From positions 2,940,001 through 2,972,000 of the forward strand of contig NC_020304.1 in NCBI RefSeq assembly GCF_000341395.1: DNA of 32,000 nucleotides. The letters are read 5' to 3'. The position numbers were made by a program, and so were the translations under genes. The stretch is from Desulfocapsa sulfexigens DSM 10523. Its GTDB lineage: Bacteria; Desulfobacterota; Desulfobulbia; Desulfobulbales; Desulfocapsaceae. Within the stretch, counting starts at the first letter, position 1, and the number at the start of each line of letters is the position of its first letter. The notes below the pieces were generated by a model, which did not search any database, was not told the origin of the DNA, and worked only from the letters and a program-made list of their open reading frames with translations. Below are positions 16,915-25,321 of this stretch, piece by piece.

Positions 16915-19473
16915 ATGATAGGGAAAGCCTTAACAAGGGTCTTTGGAAGCAAGAATGATCGTGTCCTCAAACAGATCAAACCATTGGTCAATAGAATTAA
17001 TGAACTTGAAAGTACGGTAGCATCACTCGATGATGCACAGCTTGCTGCAAGAACCGTTGAATTTCGTGAACGGTTTGCCAAAGGCGAAAATCTTGACCAG
17101 CTTCTTCCGGAAGCTTTCGCAACCATGCGAGAGGCCGGTAAACGTGTACTTGGTGAGCGGCATTACGATGTGCAGCTTATTGGTGGCGTGATCCTTCATC
17201 AGGGGAAAATTGCTGAGATGAAAACCGGAGAAGGGAAAACACTTACCTCGACGCTTCCTGTCTATCTCAATGCTATTCCCGGAAAAGGTGTTCATCTGGT
17301 AACGGTGAATGATTATCTTGCTGCCCGTGATGCCGAGTGGATGGGAAAGGTTTATAATTTTCTTGGTATGTCTGTTGGGAAAATTATTCACGATATGGGC
17401 GATGATGAAAGGAGGCAAGCCTATGCTGCTGATGTGACCTACGGGACGAATAACGAGTTTGGCTTTGATTATCTGCGCGATAACATGAAGTTTGAAATGA
17501 GTGATTTTTGTCAGCGGGGATTTAACTTTGCCATTGTGGATGAGGTTGATTCCATTCTGATCGATGAGGCCAGAACACCTCTTATCATTTCGGGACCTGC
17601 GGAAATATCCACAGAAATGTATGGAAATGTTGACAAGATTATGGGCTCTTTTAAAGCAGATGAACATTATCTTGTGGATGAAAAGGCAAAACAGGTAACC
17701 CTTACTGAAGAGGGTGTTGCTCTTGGCGAAGAGCTTCTTGGTGTTGAAAATCTCTATGAGCCTGAGTCTATTGAGCAGTTGCATCATCTCAATCAGGCGT
17801 TGAAGGCACATACTCTTTTTCAAAGGGATATAGATTATATCGTTAAGAATGGCGAAGTTGTTATTGTTGATGAATTTACTGGTCGCACCATGGAAGGCCG
17901 TCGATACAGTGATGGGCTGCATCAGGCATTGGAAGCAAAAGAGCATGTGAAAATCGAAAAAGAAAACCAGACACTTGCCTCCATTACCTTCCAGAATTAT
18001 TTCCGCATGTATGACAAGCTCTCAGGAATGACCGGAACCGCTGATACAGAGGCCTCGGAATTTAAAAATATCTATGACCTTGATGTGGTTATTATGCCTA
18101 CCAATATGCCCATGGTCAGGAAGGACTTTGCCGATGTAATATACAAAAATATTGCTGCAAAGGAACGGGCGGTGATTCGTGAAATCAAGGCCCTGCATGA
18201 AAAAGGTCAGCCGGTACTGGTCGGTACCATTTCCATCGATGTCTCTGAAAAAATTTCGAGATTACTGAAAAAAGAAAAAGTAGAGCACGAGGTCTTAAAT
18301 GCCAAACAGCACGATCGTGAAGCTGAAATTATTGCTGACGCCGGGCAGTATGGAAAGGTGACCATTGCCACCAATATGGCTGGACGTGGTACTGATATAA
18401 AACTGAGTAAGGAATCAAAAGAAGCCGGTGGACTCCATATACTGGGAACTTCCCGCCATGAATCTCGACGTATTGACAATCAGCTTCGCGGTCGTTCAGG
18501 GCGTCAGGGCGATCCAGGGTCCTCCCGTTTCTTCCTCTCCCTGGAAGACGATTTGCTTCGTATTTTCGGGTCCGGGAGAATATCAGGAATTATGGATAAA
18601 CTTGGTATGGAAGAGGATGAGCCAATCGAACATAACCTCATTTCCAGAGCCATTGAAAACGCCCAGAAAAAGGTGGAAGGGCACAACTTTGATATACGTA
18701 AGCATCTCCTCGAGTATGACGATGTTATGAATAAGCAGCGCGAGGTCATTTATCGACAGCGCAGGGAAGTGCTTTCCGGTAGTGATCTGGCCGAGGTGGT
18801 GCAGGATATGATTGCTGACCAGAAAGAACTGCTCATTTCATCATTCTCTAATTCTCGTCTTGCCTCTGAAGACTGGAACTGGGACGGCTTTGAGGAGCAG
18901 ATGCTTGAGCTTTTCCAGGTCAAGGTTGATTGGGATGATTCTGATAAGTCAGGAATGGATGCAGAAAGTTTTCGGGAAAAGGTTTCTGCAATGATTGATG
19001 ATCATTATAAGAGTCAGGAAGAGTATAACGGTGTAGATACTCAACGACATCTCGAACGGGTTATTTTACTGCAGATGGTTGATACACACTGGAAGGATCA
19101 TCTCCTCTCCATGGATCACCTGAAACAGGGAATTGGACTGCGTGGTTACGGCCAAAAAAAACCACTGGATGAGTATAAAAAGGAGGGATACAATCTCTTT
19201 ATCCGCATGATTGAAACCGTGAAACAGGAGACTGTAAAAACCCTGATGCGCGTCAGAATCATGCAGGAAGATGACGTGGAACGACTGGAAGCCGAGAGAC
19301 GAGAACGACTGGAAACAGAGCGTGCTCAGGCAAAACTGAACAAAGGGCCTGCCGGCGAGGAGACGCCCGTTGCTCAGCCGGAAAAGAGAGAAGGGGATAA
19401 GATAGGCCGTAATGCCCCCTGTAGCTGTGGATCCGGAAAGAAATTTAAGAAATGTTGCGGAAAGCCCAACTGA
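16915..19473 (+). CDS. secA: Preprotein translocase ATPase SecA
   Basis: MKTGEGKTL Walker [20 protein letters not shown], the [10 protein letters not shown] motif, and the C-terminal zinc finger [14 protein letters not shown]. Confidence 0.98.
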   Translation: MIGKALTRVFGSKNDRVLKQIKPLVNRINELESTVASLDDAQLAARTVEFRERFAKGENLDQLLPEAFATMREAGKRVLGERHYDVQLIGGVILHQGKIAEMKTGEGKTLTSTLPVYLNAIPGKGVHLVTVNDYLAARDAEWMGKVYNFLGMSVGKIIHDMGDDERRQAYAADVTYGTNNEFGFDYLRDNMKFEMSDFCQRGFNFAIVDEVDSILIDEARTPLIISGPAEISTEMYGNVDKIMGSFKADEHYLVDEKAKQVTLTEEGVALGEELLGVENLYEPESIEQLHHLNQALKAHTLFQRDIDYIVKNGEVVIVDEFTGRTMEGRRYSDGLHQALEAKEHVKIEKENQTLASITFQNYFRMYDKLSGMTGTADTEASEFKNIYDLDVVIMPTNMPMVRKDFADVIYKNIAAKERAVIREIKALHEKGQPVLVGTISIDVSEKISRLLKKEKVEHEVLNAKQHDREAEIIADAGQYGKVTIATNMAGRGTDIKLSKESKEAGGLHILGTSRHESRRIDNQLRGRSGRQGDPGSSRFFLSLEDDLLRIFGSGRISGIMDKLGMEEDEPIEHNLISRAIENAQKKVEGHNFDIRKHLLEYDDVMNKQREVIYRQRREVLSGSDLAEVVQDMIADQKELLISSFSNSRLASEDWNWDGFEEQMLELFQVKVDWDDSDKSGMDAESFREKVSAMIDDHYKSQEEYNGVDTQRHLERVILLQMVDTHWKDHLLSMDHLKQGIGLRGYGQKKPLDEYKKEGYNLFIRMIETVKQETVKTLMRVRIMQEDDVERLEAERRERLETERAQAKLNKGPAGEETPVAQPEKREGDKIGRNAPCSCGSGKKFKKCCGKPN

Positions 19474-19503
19474 TAGTTGATATTTTCATTTTAGGTTGTT
19501 TGG

Positions 19504-19548
19504 AAAAACGGGTTTTGGAATATCTTCCAAAACCCGTTTTTTCTTTCA
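19504..19548 (+). terminator. Rho-independent terminator after secA
   Basis: AAAAACGGGTTTTGGAA (19504-19520), loop TATC, TTCCAAAACCCGTTTTT (19525-19541). This is a perfect 17-bp stem running into a T tract. Confidence 0.85.
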
Positions 19549-19748
19549 TGCTCATTAGCTGATATCGAAAGCTTGTGCAATAAACGAGAGGTGTTGGCAA
19601 TTCTGTTCAGGATCGTTATCCCTGTAGAACCGAAGATTTCACTGCAGACTCTCATGTTAAATGGTAATATGAAGAAGGCACCTCAAGCGATAGCATCATT
19701 AAAGAACGCAGGCATTCAATGGTTAAGGCAACAGATCGGAATGTAATA

Positions 19749-19999
19749 ATGATTTCAATACACCCCAGGTTCGCTGAGGCGATTTTTTGAGGTGAGAAAA
19801 AGGTTGAATTCAGTAAGCTCAATATACCGAAAAGCATCGAACACATCGTTCTGTATCTAACGGCACCAGAGAGCAAAGTTGCCGGTTATTTCCGTGTCGA
19901 AAATGTAGTTGAGGCCAGCGCCGCAGAGTTGTGGAGAAATTTCATGACGTATCCGGAACCACTGAGGAGTTCTTCTTCAGCTATTACGGTAAAGGGTAG
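19749..19999 (+). pseudogene. Decayed ASCH-domain-like gene (in-frame TGA, a 1-nt frameshift and 3' truncation)
   Basis: The reading is MISIHPRFAEAIF-TGA-GEKKVEFSKLNIPKSIEHIVLYLTAPESKVAGYFRVENVVEASAAELW, and after a -1 shift near 19937, EKFHDVSGTTEEFFFSYYGKG-stop. The pattern (SI.P.FAE.I..G.K..EFR..., V..Y.T.P...I.G.F.V, LW) matches my memory of small ASCH proteins. No intact ORF is present. Confidence 0.5.
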
Positions 20000-20003
20000 C
20001 TAC

Positions 20004-20192
20004 ACAATAGGGTCGGACTAAGGTACCTAGCTGGTTTGTTGTTGAAGTAGGCTAGAAAACAAAAGATTTTTGCTCTTAGAAGCTCTTTTTTACCCCAAAA
20101 AGAACCTTTTAAGGAAGTGGCTAATGTTCTGATAATAGATATCTTTTTGACTTAAATGACAGTAACTCAGACTGATATCTTGGTCTGACCCG
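20004..20192. repeat. Copy A of a ~190-250 bp intergenic repeat, upstream of the GGDEF gene
   Basis: It shares ordered blocks with copy B: ACAATAGGGTCGGAC(T/C)AAG, CTTAGAAGCTC...TTTTTACCC, and a ~46-nt block (T)AATAG.TAT.TT.TTGACTTAAAT.ACAGTAA.TCA.ACTGAT, of which about 37 of 46 positions are identical by hand alignment. The 5' end GGGTCGGAC is complementary to GTCTGACCC at 20184-20192. Confidence 0.6.
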
Positions 20193-20262
20193 GTTACCAG
20201 GTTCCGTTACCAGTGGCTGGCACGCGGGGCCTGGTTTCTTTTCTTTTGAGAGAGGCACATCT

Positions 20263-21930
20263 ATGATGCGAGTGAATGTCCTGACTGTTGCCCTGGCAGC
20301 CTCCCTGGCCGTGCTCTTGATTTTACCGTTGGCGAGCTTTTTCTTTTTCGTGCCGGCCTATCAATTTATGTTGACCAGCATCACCGAGGAAGAATCCATC
20401 CGGGTCGCCAGTCATCTTGCCACTTCCATTGCCACCGAGGGGACGCCCATCAACCGCAACTCTCTACAGCCTCATAAACATAGAGAAATAAGGGCGCTTG
20501 TTGAGGATTTTAAATTAAGAAAGTTACGGATTTTTTCCGATACCGGCGAAATCGTATTTTCCACGGATGCTTGGGAAATCGGGACTCGCACCACCAGTGA
20601 GTATTTTTTCGAGGTAGTGGCCAAGGGTAAATCCTTGACCAAACTGGTGCATAAGGATACGCCGTCCATGGACGGGCAGGTGCAGCCGATTGATGTGGTG
20701 GAGACCTATGTGCCCATCATGGAAGCGGGCAGGTTCATGGGGGCCTTTGAAATCTATTACTCCATCACCATGCGTAGGGAAAAGTACAACTGGGTGGTCA
20801 GGAGGTACTTGTACACGGTATTTGGAGCGACCTTGGTCCTACTTGTGGCGGTTGGGCTTACCATCCACAAGGCTCGTAGTCATCTGGAGAAACGGAATCG
20901 AGCCGAAAAGGCGTTGCAGAATGCCCATGATGAACTGGAGGTTCGGGTTCGGGACAGGACCGCTGAGCTCAAGGAGAGTAACGAGGCTCTGGTTGCCGAG
21001 AACAAGATGCGTAAGGCCTTTGAGGCGGAGCTAAGATTGGCCGCCAAGGTGATTGATAACATCATTGAGGGCATCTGCGTTACCGATACCAGTGGCACCA
21101 TTGAAAGGGTCAATCGAGGGTTTAGTGATATCACCGGCTATGAGGCCAAGGAGGTGGTGGGCAATAATCCCCGTATCCTCAAGTCAAACCGCCACTCCCC
21201 TGAATTTTACGAGGCGATGTGGAAATCGCTGGGCGCCACTGGTACGTGGCATGGCGAGATCTGGAACCGACGCAAAAGCGGTGAGATCTATCAGGAATGG
21301 TTGTCAATTTCATCAATCAGAAATGAGGATAACCGGATAACCCACTATGTTGGCGTCTTTTATGAACTCAAGAGCCTGCTGGAAAAACAGGAACATCTGT
21401 CCCGCAAGGCCTTTCACGATGCCTTGACCAATCTCCCCAACCGCGAACTCTTCTTTGACCGTCTCGATGTTGCCTTGTCCAAAGCTAAACGCCAGGAGCA
21501 GCAGCTGGCCGTCATTTTTATTGATCTTGATGATTTTAAGCCGATCAATGATACCTTGGGCCATCACTTCGGCGATGTTTTTCTACAGGGCGTGGCAGAA
21601 CGCCTTGTCCTCTGTTGCCGTGAGGAGGACACCGTGGCCCGCTTGGGGGGGGATGAGTTTGTCATGCTCCTTACTAACGTGGGTGGCTTGCCGGATGTGG
21701 TGGCGGTGGTGGAACGGCTTTTCTCACATCTGGGCGTGCCGGTAAGCCATCAGGGCAAGGAGATGACAATCAAGGCCAGTATCGGCATCGCCCTGTATCC
21801 GCAAGACGGAGACGAGGTGGAAGTGCTTCTGAAGAAGGCGGATGCCGCCATGTATGTCGCCAAAAACACGGGCAAGAACAACTATCAGTTTTATCAATTA
21901 TCAGGGCTTGTCATTGGTGATGACAAATGA
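20263..21930 (+). CDS. Membrane-bound PAS-GGDEF diguanylate cyclase
   Basis: N-terminal TM, a ~150-aa periplasmic region, a second TM, a coiled coil, then PAS (VTDTSGTIERVNRGFSDITGY). The GGDEF domain has an intact RLGGDEF active site and an RxxD I-site (REED) five residues upstream. No EAL or HD-GYP domain is present. Confidence 0.93.
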   Translation: MMRVNVLTVALAASLAVLLILPLASFFFFVPAYQFMLTSITEEESIRVASHLATSIATEGTPINRNSLQPHKHREIRALVEDFKLRKLRIFSDTGEIVFSTDAWEIGTRTTSEYFFEVVAKGKSLTKLVHKDTPSMDGQVQPIDVVETYVPIMEAGRFMGAFEIYYSITMRREKYNWVVRRYLYTVFGATLVLLVAVGLTIHKARSHLEKRNRAEKALQNAHDELEVRVRDRTAELKESNEALVAENKMRKAFEAELRLAAKVIDNIIEGICVTDTSGTIERVNRGFSDITGYEAKEVVGNNPRILKSNRHSPEFYEAMWKSLGATGTWHGEIWNRRKSGEIYQEWLSISSIRNEDNRITHYVGVFYELKSLLEKQEHLSRKAFHDALTNLPNRELFFDRLDVALSKAKRQEQQLAVIFIDLDDFKPINDTLGHHFGDVFLQGVAERLVLCCREEDTVARLGGDEFVMLLTNVGGLPDVVAVVERLFSHLGVPVSHQGKEMTIKASIGIALYPQDGDEVEVLLKKADAAMYVAKNTGKNNYQFYQLSGLVIGDDK

Positions 21931-22013
21931 CAGAAATGAGGATGTACACGATAAACTAGTATACGATGGGGTGTGGCACGATAACTGTAAAAAAACAATA
22001 GTTAACAATATAA

Positions 22014-22263
22014 ACAATAGGGTCGGACCAAGCTAAATATCTGTTTTACTGTTTAATGTGAGTTTTAAAGTACCCGTTTTTACACTTAGAAGCTCGCTTT
22101 TTACCCTAAATAAATGTTCTAAGAAATTAGAGATCATGTTGAATGAGGCTTCGGCTTCTTATAATACACTTTTTGAGGGTAAGAGAGCACTCTAAGGCCT
22201 TGTAATAGCTATTTTGTTGACTTAAATTACAGTAATTCAAACTGATGGCTTGTTTCGATCCCG
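22014..22263. repeat. Copy B of the intergenic repeat, downstream of the GGDEF gene and upstream of the propeller-OMPLA gene
   Basis: It has the same ordered blocks as copy A, in the same orientation, plus ~60 extra nt between blocks 2 and 3. The extra segment extends an imperfect hairpin, with CTTAGA...TTTTTACCCT at 22085-22107 against AGGGTAAGA...TCTAAG at 22176-22196. The end complementarity is retained with one bulge (GGGTCGGA with TTCGA-T-CCC). Confidence 0.6.
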
Positions 22264-22308
22264 CCTCCGCCTCTCCAAAGACATGGAAATATGATCTAAC
22301 CATCTGTC

Positions 22309-23787
22309 ATGATTCAAGGATTTTTCATGGACCAAAAGCATCTGATGATTGTTGCAGTTCTGTTTTTACTATCCGGGATTTTCACAAGTATCGTTCCGGT
22401 TCAGGCGCAAATTAATGAAACTGATCAGTCTGGTAATACCATTACGGAAATGCCTAGTGATGTATCAAGTGGCACTTCGGCATCAACCAACATTATCGGC
22501 ACAAACACAACTATTGACAATCCGCTTGGGTTAGTTGTGGATAAAGAATGGATTTATGTAGTCAATAGAGATGGCAACAGTGTCGATATCTTTCCCAGAA
22601 AGGGGAAAGGAAATATCGCCCCGACACGTAGCATTTCCGGGCCGAACACAACCTTAAGTTCGGCTGCCGGGGTAGCTGTTGATGCGAATTGGATTTATGT
22701 GGCCAATCCTGGTGGTCACAATATTCTTGTGTTTCCCTTAACTGGAACAGGAAATATTGCCCCAACCCGCATCATTTTCTCGAGTAATTCTTCGATGTTT
22801 GAACCTTCCGGTGTAGCAGTAAATGAGAACTTGATATATGTAACTAATCGTAACACTCACAGTGTCCAGGTTTTCCCAATCGATGCCACAGGCATGCCTC
22901 CCGAGAATAAGGAGCCTGATAGCACCAGTTATTGGGGAAGGTTAAGCAGCCACGAAGAAAATGCTGTAGGTATGACCTATGACGATGATAGCGATGAACC
23001 ATTCCTCGATTTCAAGGTTTCCTTAAAATACCCAATATTACATGATGGGATTCCAGACTCTCCTTTCTCACCCCGTCTGTACTTCGCGTTTACCGGTAGA
23101 TTTGGACAATACGTGTTCACTCGCGACTCATCCCCTGTGATAGGCAAGAGGTTCAATCCCGAATTCTTTCTTAGAGGGTGGACTAACACCGATCCTAATA
23201 AGGAGGTTTACTACAGTTTCTATTTGGGCCATGAATCAAATGGACAAAGTATAAACTCACAGAACGAATACTATGGCAAGCAGAATAGTCTTAGAGAAGA
23301 CAAGGAGAACCCCTATTATGCAAATGACTACATTAGTAGGGGGTGGGATTACGTTGGGTTTGACTTTAGAATGAAGAGAGTGAAACTTTCTAAGTTTGAT
23401 TTTATTTTTACCCACGAGTTAAAGTTAAGGTACTTTCTTGAATGGGGGCCGCTCCAGAAAGATCGAGAAGATTATAACGACTGGGAAAATGACTCTGAAG
23501 GAAAACCGCGGGAATACGTAGATGGAATTAGTTATAATTTCACAACCAATCTGAAACTCGATGATGATTTTCTAGATTTTATTACTGGTGGGGATATCTC
23601 TATAGACCTTACCACTGGCTACTCGAAGATATTCAAGTATTTGACTATTAGGGGTGAGTATGGGCTATTATTCTGGGATAATCTCCCCATTTCCGTATGG
23701 GCTTCCCATGGGTATAATAGCGACCTGTCCCTTTATTACAAGAAAGTTACCAGTTTCGGGATCCGTTTAACTTTGCGGAGTTTCTAA
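22309..23787 (+). CDS. Secreted fusion protein: three YVTN/NHL-type beta-propeller repeats + outer-membrane phospholipase A (OMPLA/PldA) beta-barrel
   Basis: Signal peptide ending VQAQ. There are three ~45-aa repeats (GV.VD..WIYV.N....S/IL..FP..G.GNIAPTR). The C-terminal half is collinear with E. coli PldA: SSPVIGKRFNPEFFL vs SSPFRETNYEPQLFL, GHESNGQS vs NHDSNGRS (catalytic His/Ser), SRGWDY vs SRSWNR, and a terminal Phe. The more likely start is the ATG at 22327, with AAGGA 7 nt upstream. Confidence 0.75.
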   Translation: MIQGFFMDQKHLMIVAVLFLLSGIFTSIVPVQAQINETDQSGNTITEMPSDVSSGTSASTNIIGTNTTIDNPLGLVVDKEWIYVVNRDGNSVDIFPRKGKGNIAPTRSISGPNTTLSSAAGVAVDANWIYVANPGGHNILVFPLTGTGNIAPTRIIFSSNSSMFEPSGVAVNENLIYVTNRNTHSVQVFPIDATGMPPENKEPDSTSYWGRLSSHEENAVGMTYDDDSDEPFLDFKVSLKYPILHDGIPDSPFSPRLYFAFTGRFGQYVFTRDSSPVIGKRFNPEFFLRGWTNTDPNKEVYYSFYLGHESNGQSINSQNEYYGKQNSLREDKENPYYANDYISRGWDYVGFDFRMKRVKLSKFDFIFTHELKLRYFLEWGPLQKDREDYNDWENDSEGKPREYVDGISYNFTTNLKLDDDFLDFITGGDISIDLTTGYSKIFKYLTIRGEYGLLFWDNLPISVWASHGYNSDLSLYYKKVTSFGIRLTLRSF

Positions 23788-24220
23788 GCAAACTGGGAAT
23801 AACACACTCCCTGTTACAACAACCATGCACCAGATGAACTGGTGATTGCACCCTTCTCTGTCCGGAATGTTGAAATGAACTTAATGTGTACAATTAATCC
23901 GTTAGGATTGTTTAAGTTGGTATATCCTGTTGTTCCGATAGTGGTCAAAAGGCTGATCCTGATTTCACCCCTAGAAATACCAAAAAAAGCTTTTTTGAGA
24001 TTAATAGTCCTATAGTGTTTATTGATGAGGCGCATAGTAATTTCCTCACAAAGACTCATTACTAGAAAGAGATAAGTAACAATGGAACACCCACAAATAT
24101 ATAAGGTGTGTAGATCCAACTGAATTCAGAATTGTTAGTAGAGTAATTCGAAGAGAAATATAAATATTCTGCAAACAAAGCATTAGCTATAGACTTGCAT
24201 AAGTCGCAGGCGGCTGAGCA

Positions 24221-25321
24221 GTGATTGGGCATATAAAAATGAGAACCATGCACAATGCATATATTTACTCTGGTATTCTGAAAAGGTCCTTTCTGTCTCT
24301 GGTGGCAGCCGCACCCTATGTTACGCCTAGAAAGATAAGTAACGTGGCCCAGTGCGAAGTCGAGAAATATCGCAGGGTATTGAGCCCGAAATCTCTCCCT
24401 TATGTTGCCGTCATTGACATTACAAATACGTGCAATCTTTGTTGTCCCTATTGCCCAACTGGGACAAGGCGTGACAGCGGTCGAAAACCGGGGATGATTG
24501 ACATCCCTGTTGTCCGGAAACTGATCGATGAGGTTGGGGAGTATCTGGTCAGCGCTAATCTCTTTAATTGGGGAGAACCCTTGCTTCACCCGAGGATTGC
24601 TGAAATCACCAGCATGTTCCATGATGCACGTATCTATACGACTATCTCCAGCAACCTGAGCCTCCCAAGGCAAGAAGCCCTCGAGAGTGTATGCAACGCT
24701 GGCCTTGACTATTTGATGGTAAGCATAAGTGGCGCATTTCAGGCCGTTCATGAAATTTATCACAAGAAAGCCAGCCTCCAAACAGTCATTGAAAATACCC
24801 GAAGCTTGATCAGTTATAAGAAGGCAAGGGGATTAAAGAGACCTATTGTTGAGTGGAAATACCTTTTATTCAAACACAATCAGGACGAGGTTGAATCCGC
24901 ACGAACACTTGCCATGAAGATTGGCGTGGATGTTTTTAGAGTGGTTAAAGGCGGCGGAGCTACAGAGGCCATTATTGACAATGGCAGTATTCCCAGGAGA
25001 AATATTCGGGCCCCATTTTGTCATCAACTCTGGAATACGGTGGCGGTCAATGCTGACGGAGGGATCTCTCCATGCTGTTTTCTATTCTTTAAGGAGGATG
25101 ATTTCGGGGACTATCTTCAGGATGAGATCAGACAGATTCGCAACAGTGGTCGTTCTGTTGCGGCGCGGACTTTTTTTAGCCCTTCCTGTATCAATCAGCT
25201 TCAACAGGGGCTTCGTCACCCCTGCTTAAAATGCGAACTGGTACATGGCCAATCTCATCTAAAAGATTACCTGAGATCCAATTCTGCTGCAAAAAAGGGG
25301 CACCGAACCGGAGGACCATAG
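24221..25321 (+). CDS. Radical SAM enzyme with a C-terminal SPASM/twitch-like Cys region
   Basis: CNLCCPYCP supplies the CX3CX2C cluster motif, and NWGEPLLHP is the SAM-binding GGE-like motif. The C-terminus has C-x12-G-x4-CC (CHQLWNTVAVNADGGISPCC) plus CLKC. The track start is a GTG; ATGs at 24239 and 24248 are alternatives, and no strong RBS is present. Confidence 0.85.
   Translation: MIGHIKMRTMHNAYIYSGILKRSFLSLVAAAPYVTPRKISNVAQCEVEKYRRVLSPKSLPYVAVIDITNTCNLCCPYCPTGTRRDSGRKPGMIDIPVVRKLIDEVGEYLVSANLFNWGEPLLHPRIAEITSMFHDARIYTTISSNLSLPRQEALESVCNAGLDYLMVSISGAFQAVHEIYHKKASLQTVIENTRSLISYKKARGLKRPIVEWKYLLFKHNQDEVESARTLAMKIGVDVFRVVKGGGATEAIIDNGSIPRRNIRAPFCHQLWNTVAVNADGGISPCCFLFFKEDDFGDYLQDEIRQIRNSGRSVAARTFFSPSCINQLQQGLRHPCLKCELVHGQSHLKDYLRSNSAAKKGHRTGGP

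Noticed and set aside
17023-17946. 307-aa ORF antisense to secA
   Set aside because: It lies entirely inside the unmistakable SecA frame. The sequence is low-complexity and Ile/Phe/Asn/Lys-rich, as expected from the antisense of an AT-leaning gene, and it has no recognisable motif.
19788-19790. The in-frame TGA in the ASCH-like frame read as a selenocysteine codon
   Set aside because: No stable SECIS-like hairpin follows the codon. The position is not a catalytic Cys site in ASCH proteins as far as I know, and the same gene also carries a frameshift and a truncation, so simple decay explains it.
19652-19876. 74-aa minus-strand ORF in the secA-downstream spacer
   Set aside because: It is antisense to the ASCH-like remnant, which has the better protein-like reading. 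It has no RBS or motif.
20214-20234. TGGCAC upstream of the GGDEF gene as a sigma-54 promoter
   Set aside because: The sequence is TGGCACGCGGGGCC, so the GC dinucleotide falls 2 nt off the required -12 position and no TTGC is present. The segment is also not conserved in repeat copy B.
20004-22263. Reading the two repeats as integron attC sites (gene cassette array)
   Set aside because: There is no integrase or attI in the window. I could not identify R''/R' core sites (RYYYAAC / GTTRRRY) at the borders. Only two copies exist, and the unit is larger than a typical attC. I kept it as an unclassified repeat; the cassette-like behaviour remains a hypothesis.
23875-24015. 46-codon plus-strand ORF (MNLMCTINPLGLFKLVYPVVPIVVKRL...) as a possible precursor peptide for the radical SAM enzyme
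   Set aside because: It has no convincing RBS, hydrophobic low-information sequence and no Cys/Ser/Thr-rich core. It is 200 bp from the enzyme gene and mutually exclusive with an equally weak antisense TTG-initiated ORF (23814-24119). I left it as something for a dedicated RiPP search to test.
24062-24781. 239-aa ORF antisense to the 5' half of the radical SAM gene
   Set aside because: The plus-strand frame carries the CX3CX2C and GGE-like radical SAM motifs. The antisense product has no motif and runs into the upstream spacer, so it is treated as a shadow ORF.
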